NCBI GenBank assembly: GCA_035221665.1
Contig: CM069139.1
Coordinates: 56,296,001 to 56,360,000, forward strand
Length of the DNA: 64,000 nt
Reading direction: 5' to 3'
DNA from: Okamejei kenojei
Lineage: Eukaryota
Of the stretch, positions 1 through 11,652 are shown piece after piece (the stretch's first letter is position 1; the number at the start of each line of letters is the position of its first letter). The notes below the pieces were generated by a model that was given only the letters and a program-made list of their open reading frames with translations, searched no databases and was not told the origin of the DNA. The translations under genes were made by a program, and so were the position numbers.

Positions 1-1727
1 AGAATCGGTATTGGATCTCAAAGTATTATGAAAGTATGGTTCAATACTACATCGAATATCGACATGTTAGTGCATGTTTATTCACTGATTGCAAAAATAT
101 GTGGCACAACAGTGCGGAGAAATACATTCTCGCTACAAAAGGAGGAATATTCTTTTATGTCTTCCACCATTTTTTTGCCTCATTAGCCGGGTCTTAAAAC
201 AGTCAGCAAGACCTTGCTTGGGTTCGTACTGTCGGACTGGCTAAGCAGCCATGTTGCCTGCTTCATCAGGCATAATGGCACAACAGTATACGGTTATTCC
301 AAAAAACAAAAACTTGCTGGGTTAAACTGTGGTTCAGGAGACCGGCCTTTGCACAATAAAACAATTATTGACTTACACATTTTGAATGCCTCTGGTTGTC
401 ACATCAAGCCATGAATGTACTCACTGCAGAGTGCAGGGATAGTATCCAAAAAAGCAGTACATTCCTATTGAGGGGATCAGAAGTGATTTTGTTTAAATGT
501 TAATGTTACATTTAATACGGTACAGGTTAGTGACATTTTCCAGTTCATTCTTAAATGGTATTTGACAATAATTCAGTTATAGAGACACTACAACTGCAAC
601 AAAAGGGAACTACTCTGTTGGGTTCAACCCGGATATCGAGTTGTTAAAAAGATCTTGACACAAGTTCTCCCACTACAAGATTATGCAGTTGGTTATTGAA
701 AATGTGTGAACATTACTTCACCAAGGGGTTCCAGCTACATCCTTAGTTATGACACTAATATCAGCACAACGACGGCAAACATTGCAAACGCTGTGGCTAG
801 ATAGGATGGAATTGGCTGCAGGTGCGATTACATTTTACATTCTGGTCTACATAAGCAGAGCAGACCAGGGGTGGCATGATTTAAGATCATTTCTCGGATA
901 CCCCACGGTCTCACGTCTATGTTATCAAGGCCACCAGAATCCTAAGAAGTGTGGAATCAGCATTGTTTATTAATCAACAAACAACTACACAAAGGAAGGT
1001 CGGTTCAGACCATTTCAAAGGTGGCTGCAGCAGGTTCTGGGTTATGCAGGTATTAACACTGACGATTGTATATCTTATTCCACCAGGTCAGCATCAACGT
1101 CAGCGGCCAGGGCAATGGACATGCCCATCGACCATATCCTCGCGACCGCAGGATGGTAAACTAAATTGTTTTTTAAAAATTGTCCATAGATCGGTTACTG
1201 ACCCGGGGTTTTGCCCATTCTGTTGCGTCCATTTTAGCCTCCCCTGAGTTTCAGGGGTTGCTATTGATTTCTATATTAACGTAAACCATTAATACATGTG
1301 AATCAATATCATGCTAATGCATTTTGATTATTCACTCATCCTGAGTCAATCGATGCAGTGAGATGCCGAGAATTCGATCTGCGGCATGAAATCACAAAGC
1401 TTCGAAGTCTTCATGGAATCACTCACGTGACTCCGAAGTAAAATAGTAAGATTAAACGAGAACTTACCAGTTTGAAGTTTGATCTTGATTTTATGAGGAG
1501 TTACGTTGGTGATTACGTGCCCGCCACACCCAACCCTCTCTCGTAAAGATCATCTGGTAGTTCTCGAGCACGCATCTTACTGTCACTTCGGTGATTGTTA
1601 TTTGTGATTTCATACCGCTGCTTTGAAGATCGACGCGCATGCGGCCTAGACGGGGTTCTTCACGTAATCACCAATGTAACTCAAGATCAAACTTCAAACT
1701 GGTAAGTTCTCATTTAATCTTACTATT
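1..1727 (+). mobile_element. DIRS1-type tyrosine-recombinase retrotransposon, decayed 3' part (methyltransferase-like/YR remnants, ICR, right terminal repeat); runs off the window start
   Basis: YR-like remnants (STRSASTS and ATAGW coded around 1080-1160). The internal segment ~1420-1520 is the inverted complement of the terminus ~1660-1727. Homologous to the elements at 2351-7434 and 61095-64000. Ends in ATT (1725-1727). Confidence 0.85.
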
Positions 1728-2213
1728 AAACCCTCTTTTGCAGCACAGATTTGTTAGTTCAGAGTTAACTGGCTCGGAGGAACTGGTAATATTATTCCAT
1801 TTAGATTGGTCATCCTGTAGATAAATGGTAGATTAAAAATATCACATCCATACATCATTCCTAATCCTGTGATCATAGCCCTGTCCAAAACAGGAGCGAG
1901 TACATTCAGCCAGCATTTTGCATTCATGGTATAGTTTCAAATGCCAGCATTCAGTGATCACAGATTTCCCACTTAAGTGCTGACATGCTTTTGGCATCAA
2001 GAAATCTTAGAGCAAGCAAAAAAAAACTGCTGTAGGAACTCAGAAAGCCAGGCAGCATTCATGGAGAAAAATGGACAGATGACATTTTGGTTTGGGACCC
2101 TTCTGACGCTGCCTAACCCGCTGAGTTCATCCAGCACCTTGTTTTTCACTCAAATTTCCACCATCTACAATTTCTTGTGTCTCAATACATCACGTGCTTT
2201 TAAGGTCATAAGG

Positions 2214-2353
2214 TCATAAGGAATCAGAGTAGAATTAGGTCATTTGGCCCATCGTCTACTCCACCATTCAATCATGGCTGATCCATCTCTCTTTCCCAAC
2301 CCCATTCTCATGTCTTCTCCCCATAACCTCTGACACCTGTACTAATCAAGAAT
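2214..2353 (-). mobile_element. 3' end of a CR1-type LINE, split by the DIRS insertion
   Basis: Sequence continues seamlessly at 7432 (actaatcaagAAT/AATctatcc). Same 3' tail as other CR1 copies in the window. Confidence 0.75.
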
Positions 2354-5325
2354 AGTAAGATTAAACGAGAACTCGCCAGTTCGATGTTTGATCCTTATTT
2401 TATGAGGAGTTACAATGAGGGATTTCGTGAAGACCCTGCCAGCACGCATGCGCGACATTCTTCAAAGCAGCGGTGTGAAATCACAGATAGTGGAGTTGAC
2501 TGAAGATAGTAAGATAAGAGAACTAACAGTTGACCTTATAATAGAGGGTTGGGAGCGGAGGGCACGAAATCCCTCATCGTAACTCCTCATAAAATAAGGA
2601 TCAAACTTCGAACTGGTAAGTTCTCGTTTAATCTTACTATTTTACTTCAGTGACTTTGTGAAGACTTCAAAGCTCGGTGATTTCATGTCCTGGAAACGAG
2701 TCCATTGCTCACACACTGCCATAATAACCAATGGAGGAAGTATGTTAACGTATTTCAGACTTGAACAGTGCTGAAAAACAACAATGTATTATTTAACAAT
2801 AATAATAATAACCACTAATTTCGGGGAAAATAATAATACAGAACTTAAAATAGTGTCTGCAAATATCTCAGGCATGGCCACAGGTTTGTTATAACCGCTG
2901 GAAGTTGTTTATTAGACCAACCTGCCGTTGCAAGGGCGTGGCCCATAAGGACCTCCATCATCCTCGCTGCACGATGAGGACGTTTGAACTTATCAATAGA
3001 GCCATTTCCGTTCCCCTGAGACTTTTGGTGACCCCCAGTTAATGTAGAAGGTGGGTCACTATGCATAGGCGTCTATCTACGGGATGAGCCAGGATCTCCA
3101 ATTTGAGTCCAGATGACCCAGGCCTGTTTTGTTTAGGTAACTCATAAATGAAAGGTTATCTTATTTTGGGATGTTACCATGGCGTCCAGTCTAGTTTGTG
3201 CAGAGACTGGACCCGCTGCGCCGTTACAAGTGTCATCAGCATCACTATTTTATACGTGTTAGTGAGAGGGACGTGGCTGGTGCCCAATCTCTGAATAGGT
3301 CAGGACAATGCCAATATCCCAGGTCTGGGAATATTGAGGCCTGGGGAAATTTGTGTTAAAATCCTCTCATGAGTTTTGACACCAGAGGGTGAGATACTCT
3401 TCCATGGTGTTCTAGCTCCTGTCCCAGGTATGAGGATAGGGCACTTTTTGCGCAATTGATGGCACTATAACTCAACCCTTCATCGAAGTGTAGACTTGCC
3501 AGGAACCCCAGCACAACCGTGATGGTGGCTGTGTTGTAAGTTGTGTCTGTCCTGGTACAAAATACCTCCCATTTTTTATATAGGTGAGGTACTGTTTCCT
3601 GGTGGACTCTCTGCATGATGCCGCAATGATATTCATGGTTCGGTCCGACAGCCCAAATTCCAGGAGAGGTCTTTTCCAAATCTTGCACCCAATGGGTTAA
3701 TTCGGTCACGGCACAGATGACTCTCCCTTGTCACAGGGTGTACCAGCAAACTCGGTCGTTTGTAGATCGGAATCCATGGCTCTGACCATGTCGAGTCCCA
3801 CAGGGTACCATGGCTGAGTAGTCCAATCGGGTACTCCCAAAATACCTGATGCGGAGTCTTGTTGAATTTTTCGCAAGACCCGACTAATGAGGCAGAACGG
3901 GGGGTAAAATGCATAGAAAAACAATCCCACCCCCCCCCCCCCCCCCCCCCCCCAGTGTAGCGAGATGCGTCCATCGCTACTGCCCCAGGGTCTGATTCCC
4001 ATGCAACATACGTTGGTATCTGGTGATTAAGTCTTGATGCAAAACAATCGATATCTGGCGTTCCATACCGAGCTATAATGTCAGTAAATAACTGGTGGTC
4101 CAACATCCATTCGGATGTTGTCATTGAATTTGCGTGACCTGGTGTCCCTTACTGCATTGAGCTTACCCGGAAGGTAAGTAGTTGATATCCAAATGTTTCT
4201 TTCTGTGCACCAGTGCCAGATTGTATTGATCAATTCATCACAAGATATCGACTTAATTCCACCCATATGATTAATGTATGTCACCACGGTGGTATTATCA
4301 ATTTGTAGGCGAACATGCAGATGATGCATGTCTGAAACAGTAAGCCCGAAGTCCGTGAATGCTCCCAACAGCTTTAGATGATTGGTACCCAGTGCCTGAA
4401 ATAAGGTTAACTCACGTATATTCCATCTATCACCGCAACTGGAGGTGGTATTGGTTGCTCCCCAGCCGTGAGCGCTGGCGTCACTTTGTAACACAACCAA
4501 AGGGTTTGTGACTGTGATGGGATTTAGAGCAATGTCAAACATTGCTAATCCACCATCGTAATTCCAATTTGCTTCGGCTGGTCTGTCAAAATGGCCAGCA
4601 TGGTGCTTTGAGTGCTGCAGTTGCGGCCCTTTGTAGATTTTGGTAATGTAAGGGTCCAAATTGTGACTGGGAAAGGCAGCCACGAGCTTCCCAATTACCC
4701 TGGCTATTTGCCGAATAGAAGGTTTGCTGACGCAAACAAGGCTGTTATATGCCTCTATCAAGTCTGTTGCTTTGTCCTTTGGCAAGGTGACAGACATATG
4801 AACAGAGTAAATCATGAATCCCAAATAATCCATAGTCACAGAAGGCATTAACTTGGATTTGCCTGGATTGATAATAAACCCCTAATTTTTGAAATAGGAG
4901 CTTGGTGGCTGAGACAGCAAATCTAGCGAATTCCAAGGTTATCACCACAATAAGATGTCATCTTGATACGCTTTGACAATTTGTTTTTGTTTCCGAAGAA
5001 ACACCAAAGCTGGTTTCAATATTTTTGTAAACGGTCTGGGGCTGATGTTAATCCATTAGGCAGCGCTTTATACTGCCAGAGCTATCCCATCCAGATAAAT
5101 TTCAAATATCTGCGGTGATCTTTGTCTATTGGTTCTGAGTAGTATGCATCTTTAGGTCGATGCAAGCCATGAAGTACCCCTTGGAAACTAGTTGTTTTAG
5201 CAGTAACAAAAAATTTCCATTTTGAAGTGGGTGTGCTGCACAAAAGTATTCAGTTATGTCAAATCAAATGATGCGGCATCCGCCATCTTTTTTGTTTTAT
5301 GTGAAGATGTTTGATACAAACTCAA

Positions 5326-6003
5326 GAGATTCCAAGCAGTCCTTCCAGGTCCGACAGAGGTTCACCTGCACCTCCTCCAACCTCATCTACTGCATCCGCT
5401 GCTCCAGATGCCAGATGATCTATATCGGTGAGACCAAGCGGAGGCTTGGCGATCGCTTCGCCGAACACCTCCGCTCGGTCCGCAATAACCAACCCGACCT
5501 CCCGGTGGCTCAGCACTTCAATTCCCCCTCCCATTCCACATCCGACCTCTCGGTCCTGGGCCTCCTCCACGGCCAGAGTGAGCAACACCGCAAGCTGGAG
5601 GAACAGCACCTCATATTCCGCTTGGGGAGTCTGCATCCTTTGGGCTTGAATATTGAATTTTCTCAATTCTGTTAACCCTTGCTGTCTCCTCCCCTTCCCA
5701 CCTCTCCCTCAGCCCTCGGGCCCTGGCATTCCCTCTATCTCTATCTCACTCCCCCACCCCAGTCGCACCAGCTTCTCATTTTCACACCACAAACAGCTTA
5801 CAATGGCTTGTTCCCTTTATCACCGATACTTTTTTGCATATCTTTCACTCATTGTTCCTTATCTCTCCACATCACCGTCTATATCTCTCGTTTCCCTGAT
5901 CCCTGACCAGTCTGAAGAAGGGTCTCGACCCAAAACGTCGCCTATCTCCTTCGCTCCTTAGATGCTGCTGCACCCGCTGAGTTTCTCCAGCTTTTTGTGT
6001 AAC
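5326..6003 (+). mobile_element. 5'-truncated Penelope-like element (GIY-YIG endonuclease end plus 3' terminal repeat) inserted in the DIRS RT region
   Basis: ORF 5256-5675 contains NLIYCIRCSRCQMIYIGETKR...EH...HF (GIY-YIG with CCHH spacing). Flanked by a CTCAA duplication (5321-5325 and 6004-6008). The DIRS reading frame rejoins across it. Confidence 0.85.
5905..5945 (+). ncRNA. Minimal type-I hammerhead-ribozyme-like motif in the Penelope terminal repeat (GAAA mutated to AAAA in this copy)
   Basis: CTGAAGA-A-GGGTC-TC-GACCC-aAAAC-GTC at 5912-5939. Confidence 0.6.
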
Positions 6004-7431
6004 CTCAATAAATTCATGTTTGGTTTCCTCTATTACTCCTTTTGTATATAGTCTTAACAGTTGACCTTCCAATTTCTCTTTTTTGTGAAAGCACAAACGT
6101 TCGGCTAGGTGCATGTTGAACCGGAAAGGAGGAGTTTGTCAACAAATTCAATTTTGTGTCGCTGAATACTGCGCAGTATGAAAAGATCAGAAGTTATTCC
6201 CGGAACAAGTGTAACCTTCCCTCAACGTGTGAAGAAGTCACACATGCTATGTTCCGAAGGCAACCAAACCCACCTACCTCCATGGTTACCGGTGGTGCTG
6301 TGTGGGTTTTCCCCTTCATTGGTTCCTGAGAGGTGGAGGCGTTGTGGTGTGGGGTTGGCACATCTTCCAGGAAGGCCGTTCTGGGACATGGCCTGAAAAA
6401 TACCTTTGTGTAGGTTGTACGGTCTTCGAGCTTTCACCAGCTTTTCTTTCGGTGTGATAATGCAGCCTGCTGGTTGATGCGTAGGGGTGCTGCCGCCAAA
6501 TATATGAGGACCTGGTAGCGGCCGGCACCTTAATCATGCCGACGGCTTTTGTCTCTTTGTTGAGGTCTTTTCCCTGTTTGGGCAGGTTGTCCCTGAATAA
6601 AGTAGGTGGCTGTGCACTGCTGGTTCTACACAACCCCGCGAACTTGTGGTTTAGTGTAGGTCGGATGGCATTCTTCCTGAAACAGTTGATCTCAATTGAC
6701 CATACCGGAGAGTGCCAGACCTTCCTGTTGCTCCTCTGATATATCTTCTGTCTACTGACATGGCAAAGTTGTAATACCCGAGGCCAGTAGTTTGAGGCAC
6801 ATTGACGGAAATACAGATTCCTGGAGTTAGATGAGTTGTAATTTATACTGGCTGCCTGCTGACAATGGTAGCCCCTTTTATGAGGGCATCGCAACTTGGA
6901 TGCCATCCTGAGTAGCTCCTCTTCTTGCACCCCTAGCATGTTGTATTCTTCTGCCAACTTCAGTGTCAGCCCAGACCTGACTCCTTATGCTCCCCTGCGA
7001 AGAGGGTGAGCATTTGGCAGCCCTGTAAAGGGTACTTCCGTGGGCCTGCTAGAGTGGGTCACGTTGGAGCTAGTGCTCCCCATCCGCTCCATGCGGGAAT
7101 CAACTGCCGTCGCTACCCGCGAACGGCGATTCACTGAACCCGGACCCTGCCGGCCGACTTCCGGGTCTGTGGAGAAGTCTGCCACCGCTGACTGCCCGCG
7201 TTCCCGCGGTCCACAGACAGTCTCTTGAGGCGGCCCGTTGGTGGGGTACTCTGTGCCACAGAGTCCCTGAAAGAAAAACCAACCTCAGGTTAGTTGTTCC
7301 TTACCTGTAGGTCCGTTCCGGTGGAGGAGCAACCCTCCTCCCTGCCTGTCGCTTCGCAATGCGTTCGACGATATGTCGTGCATGTGTGCTGGCAGGGTCT
7401 TCACAAAGTCACTCATGTGACTCCGAAGTAA

Positions 7432-8510
7432 AATCTATCCATTCCTGCCTTAAAAATATCCACTGACTTGGCTTCCACGGCCTTCTATGGCAGAGAATTT
7501 TGACTAAATAAATTTCTCCTCATCTCCTTCCAAGCAGAAAGTCCGTTAATTCTGAGGCTATGACCTCTAGTCCTAGACTCTCCCACTAGTAGAAACATCC
7601 TCTCCACATACACTCTATCCAAGCCTTTCACTGTTCTGTATGTCACAATTAGGTCCCCCCTCATCTTCTAAACTCCAGCGACTACAGGCGTAGTGCCTAC
7701 TCATTCCTGGGATCATTCTTGTAAACCTCCTCTGGACCCTCTCCAGAGCCAGCACATCTTTCCTCAGACATGGTGCCCAAATTGCTCACAATATTCCAAA
7801 TGCAGCCTTACCAGCCCCTTATAGAGCCACAACATTGCATCTCTGTTTTTGTATACAAGCCCTCTTGAAATAAATGCTAGCATTGAGTTTACTTTCTTTA
7901 CTACCCATTCGACTTGCAAATTAACTTTTTAGGAATTCTGCATGAGCAAGTCCCTTTGCACCTCCGATTTCTGGATTCACACCCCATTTAAAAAATAGTC
8001 TTCGCCTTTATTCCAAAGTGCATGACTCCATATTTTGCCACACTATATTCCATCTGCCACTTCTCTGCCCTCTCTCCCAACTTGACCAAGTCTTTCTGCA
8101 GAGTACCTGCTTTCTCTACACTACCGGCCCCTCCTCCTATTTTTGTATCATCTACATATTTGGCCACAAAGCCTTCAATCCCTTCGTCCAAATTATTAAT
8201 ATACAACATGAAGAGTTGCGGCCCCAGCACCGACCCTTGCCGAACTCCACTAGTCACTGGCAGGCAACCAGAAAAAGCCCCCTTTATTGCCACTCTTTGT
8301 CTTCTGCCATCCAGCTAACCTGCTATCAATTCTAGTATCTGGCCTTTGATACCGTGGGCTCTCATCTTCCTAAGCAGCCTAACGTGTGGCTTACTGAAAA
8401 TCTAAGTAAACAACATCTACTGACTCTCCTGCTATTTACTTCTTCAAAGAATTCCAGCAAATTTGTCAAGCAAGACCTCCCCTTCACAAAGCCCTGCTGA
8501 CTTCGGCCTT
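7432..8510 (-). mobile_element. CR1-type LINE RT fragment
   Basis: ORF 7988-8293: VTSGVRQGSVLGPQLF...KYVDDTK...LQKDL...WQM. Confidence 0.85.
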
Positions 8511-9492
8511 TTCCATTCTCCTCAACTCCACAAAATAGCAAAGATTGGATTTTTCTGCTCCTTTTCTTCAGGACCCACTCTGACCTTAATTATCAAATGT
8601 CAGTTCTTAGCCATCTTATTTGCAATATTGGCATTGTGACACAAGGTGTTATGAGAAAATGCGATCAAACAAGAACTTTATTTCCTTGAGACAACCCTCC
8701 CGTAATATAAATAATAAATTATAATTTTGAGACTGCATGTGACAAAATGAAAACATGGTGGAACAACTAAGCCTCACTGAGCAAGACTCTTTTGTACTTA
8801 ACATTAGTTAGTAATCTACTCAGTGCCACAGCCGAAAGAAGATTAACTCATCATTGTAGAATTTCTATTTTGGTCGCTTAAGCAATGGGCTGCTATTTCA
8901 CATCTAAGACTCATTTGCTATGTTGTGACAATATTTTTTTCTCCACTGTAAACATTATGAACTTGAAATTTTAGGTATAACAGACTGCAGAAACAAACAA
9001 TTTCCATCTGGGGATGATATGCCATGGGGATTCTCTTTGTGGATTCTGCATCTTTTAAACGGGCCTCTTGAATTCCAATAAACTTGAGGTCAGGAAGAAC
9101 GGTTTTGATGCAAGCAAATGCCAGATGAACCAAATCGCAAGCAGGTGGAGTAGTGACGGAGGTGCAGTGAAGGACGACGCTGCAACGCCACCACGGCAAC
9201 GGGCCTTCATGGTCAGGTCAAGAACCCTGTACTTCCAAACGGAAACTCAAAAATAGCGCCTTAACTGGCCAGTGTGTATACTGGCTTAGTGTGCTACTGT
9301 TATACACTTGTAATGTATCTGAGATGTTTATCTAAGATATATCTAAGTGCTTTTATGATACTTGCACTGAACTGTGTACAAAAATGAATGTCACTGTACC
9401 TCAGTACATGTCACAAATAAAGTACCATTGTATGTATGGTACATAACAAGCGCATTTTGTAGAAGAGGTCTCAACACACAAATAAGTATTAC

Positions 9493-9725
9493 CTTCGTTA
9501 TTATGATTTCTGCATTTTCACCATTCTTCAGACCAGGGCCTTGGACACCATCCATGATACCGGTGCCAGCTGTATTTGGCTTGTGTACTTTCAATGTGGC
9601 TGGCATTTTGCCAGGCTTTACTTTCTCCTTTGTGACCGGCACTGGTAACTTCATGTGAGATTCAAAAAATGCCTTCCTTTTGCTCACGATAGACCCTAGA
9701 TGAGGTATCTTGAAAGCTTGTGTAT
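9493..9725 (-). CDS. Candidate internal coding exon of an unidentified gene
   Basis: Acceptor ttcttctttatccacctctgctAG and donor AAG|GTAATA. 233 bp, open frame (DTQAFKIPHLGSIVSKRKAFFESHMKLPVP...EIIITK). Not repeat-like. Confidence 0.4.
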
Positions 9726-9830
9726 CTAGCAGAGGTGGATAAAGAAGAACCACATTGAAATATGTTTAAACTCCCGTGACACATTATCTCATATAGATTA
9801 TTTCCCCCCTCCCCCCCAAAAAGTTACTTA

Positions 9831-10295
9831 TGGGCCTGTCCCACTTAGGCGATTTTTCAGGCGACTGCTGGCGACTGTCAGAGTGGAACACACACACACG
9901 CGCACACACAAACACAAGCTTCCTTCATGCAGCTTATGCACGTGGGGGACAGGGGAAGCGGTGGGAGCGCTTTCTCCCGTGCCTTTCATCCGCAGTACAC
10001 GTAATACGCATATCTATGTTCAACTCCCGTGGATGCTTCAAGCCTTCACTTACAATGGGCAATAAAGGCAGCTGAAATTCTGCCTTTGCACCGTGGACTG
10101 CGTGCAAGGTGCTGCGCATGCCCACAGGGGAGGAGACCAATCTCCGCATTCGCATTTTTTACGATTTTCTGCGCATGTGCGATTTTCATGATTTTCTGCG
10201 CATGCGCGGATTTTTACAATTTTTAAAAGTCGACTGACTGCCTAGCTCCTACCTTGTGTAATTACTCATGGCAGGTGCCTTGAGTGGGCACATGA
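9831..10295. mobile_element. Non-autonomous PIF/Harbinger-like element (degenerate right end)
   Basis: Starts TTA|TGGGCCTGTCCCACT, the same terminus family as the elements at 14094 and 34673. Confidence 0.5.
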
Positions 10296-10529
10296 GTGGA
10301 GACCCGAAACGTCACCCATTTCTTCTCTCCAGAGATCCCACCTGTCCTGCTGAGTTACTCCAGCATTTTGTGTCTATCAAAGTTTTATAAAGCTGCATCA
10401 TGACTTCTTGACTCTCAGACTCAATGCCTCGGCTGATGAAGGACTTCCTTACCACTTTATCTATTTGCGTTACCATTTTCAGGGAGTTACAGTCCCTATG
10501 ACTATCAATGCTGTTAAGAGTCCTGCCAG

Positions 10530-10835
10530 GGGTAGTATGGTGGAGCAATGGTAGAGGTGCTGCCTTACAGCGCCAGAGACCCAGGTTCGATCCTGACTAC
10601 GGATGCTGTCTATATGACGTTTGTACGTTCTCCCTGTGACCGCGTGGGTTTTCTCCAGGTGCTCTGGTTTCCTCCCACACTCCAAAGATATACAGGTTTG
10701 TAGTTTAATTGGCTTCTGGAAATTGGAAATTGTCTCTAGTCTGTGTAGGGTAGTGCTAGTGTATGGGGATCACTGGTTGGCACGGGCTCACTGAGCCGAA
10801 GGGCCTGTTTTTGCACTGTATCTCTAGACTAAACA
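10530..10835 (+). mobile_element. tRNA-derived SINE (HE1/V-SINE-like)
   Basis: Pol III A/B-box-like head (TGGTGGAGCAATGG...GGTTCGATCC), central CTCTGGTTTCCTCCCACA domain, tail GCCGAAGGGCCTGTTT...CTAAAC. Multiple copies in the window. Confidence 0.8.
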
Positions 10836-11543
10836 AAAAAAACTTTCCTGGAGACTTCCCCCGAAGTGCAGCACCGCACACTTGTTCTGGTTAAACTCCA
10901 TCTGTCATTTCTCCTCCCATATCTCTAGCTGATCCAAATCCCACAATTTTCCTTTAGTTATCAATTCATAAACAGCAGGATCATACACATGGCACTGATT
11001 CCTCTGCCCTGGCATCAGTCGCAATATCCTATTCACCTCCTATTCACCCATCTCTCTGGCATGATCAGAACATTCTATGTAAAGTCTCTATACTCATTTT
11101 ATGCAAAAGACCTTACAATTGACAAAAAAGTATTAGTGTATACATTAGATGCAAGTATTAATGAATACATAATAAATAGCTGGAAACGTTATAACCAAAT
11201 GTTTCTAAAATTTTCACAGCATTTTCAAACATTTTGTGTTTGCTGGATCTACAAATCAGTATTTTTTCTTGTAGAAACAAGGAACTGCAGATGCTGGTTT
11301 ACACGAAAGGACACAAAGAGCTGGAGTAACTCAGCAGATCAGGCATCATCTCTGGAGAACAGGGAGAATGTACAGTGAATTGCAAAAATTGGATTAACGT
11401 AGGATTAATCTAATTTGTGCTTAATGGACAGTGCAGATGCAACAAGTCGGGACTCTTCTTCAAATTGTTTTTTTTTTTATTTCTTCATTAATTGCTATTT
11501 AAAAGGTTCTTATTAAATTATGACAAGAAGTGATGTTGTATAC

Positions 11544-11652
11544 CTGATTTAATTTCTTCAGGATGCTGTAGCTTGATTGAGTTATTCCATTCCTGCTGCA
11601 AGGTTGATTTTTCGGTATCATTTAGTGACCACCTCTTACGGATAACATCATT
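11544..11652 (-). CDS. Candidate coding exon of the same unidentified gene (alternative acceptor gives a start at 11681)
   Basis: Acceptor ttgctttgtttttcAAG. Open frame NDVIRKRWSLNDTEKSTLQQEWNNSIKLQHPEEIKS, donor CAG|GTATAC. The phase-1 end matches the phase-1 start of 9725-9493. Confidence 0.35.

Larger units (their letters stand above)
2351..7434 (-). mobile_element. Near full-length, frameshifted DIRS1-type retrotransposon (gag, RT/RNaseH, methyltransferase-like domain, tyrosine recombinase, ITRs, ICR)
   Basis: ORFs 6316-6957 (gag-like), 4081-4848 (RT/RNaseH: DASAHGWGA, LQIDNTTVV), 3633-4124 and 3706-4002 (DIDCFASRLN, YPPF, VPDWTTQPWY), 3356-3709 and 2845-3066 (YR parts, ATAGWS). Terminal inverted repeats at ~2351-2460 and ~7370-7434. 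ICR at ~2563-2665. Confidence 0.9.

Noticed and set aside
10530-10600. tRNA-like A/B boxes (also at 29945, 23400, 35200, 50550)
   Set aside because: These are SINE heads followed by SINE bodies, not tRNA genes.
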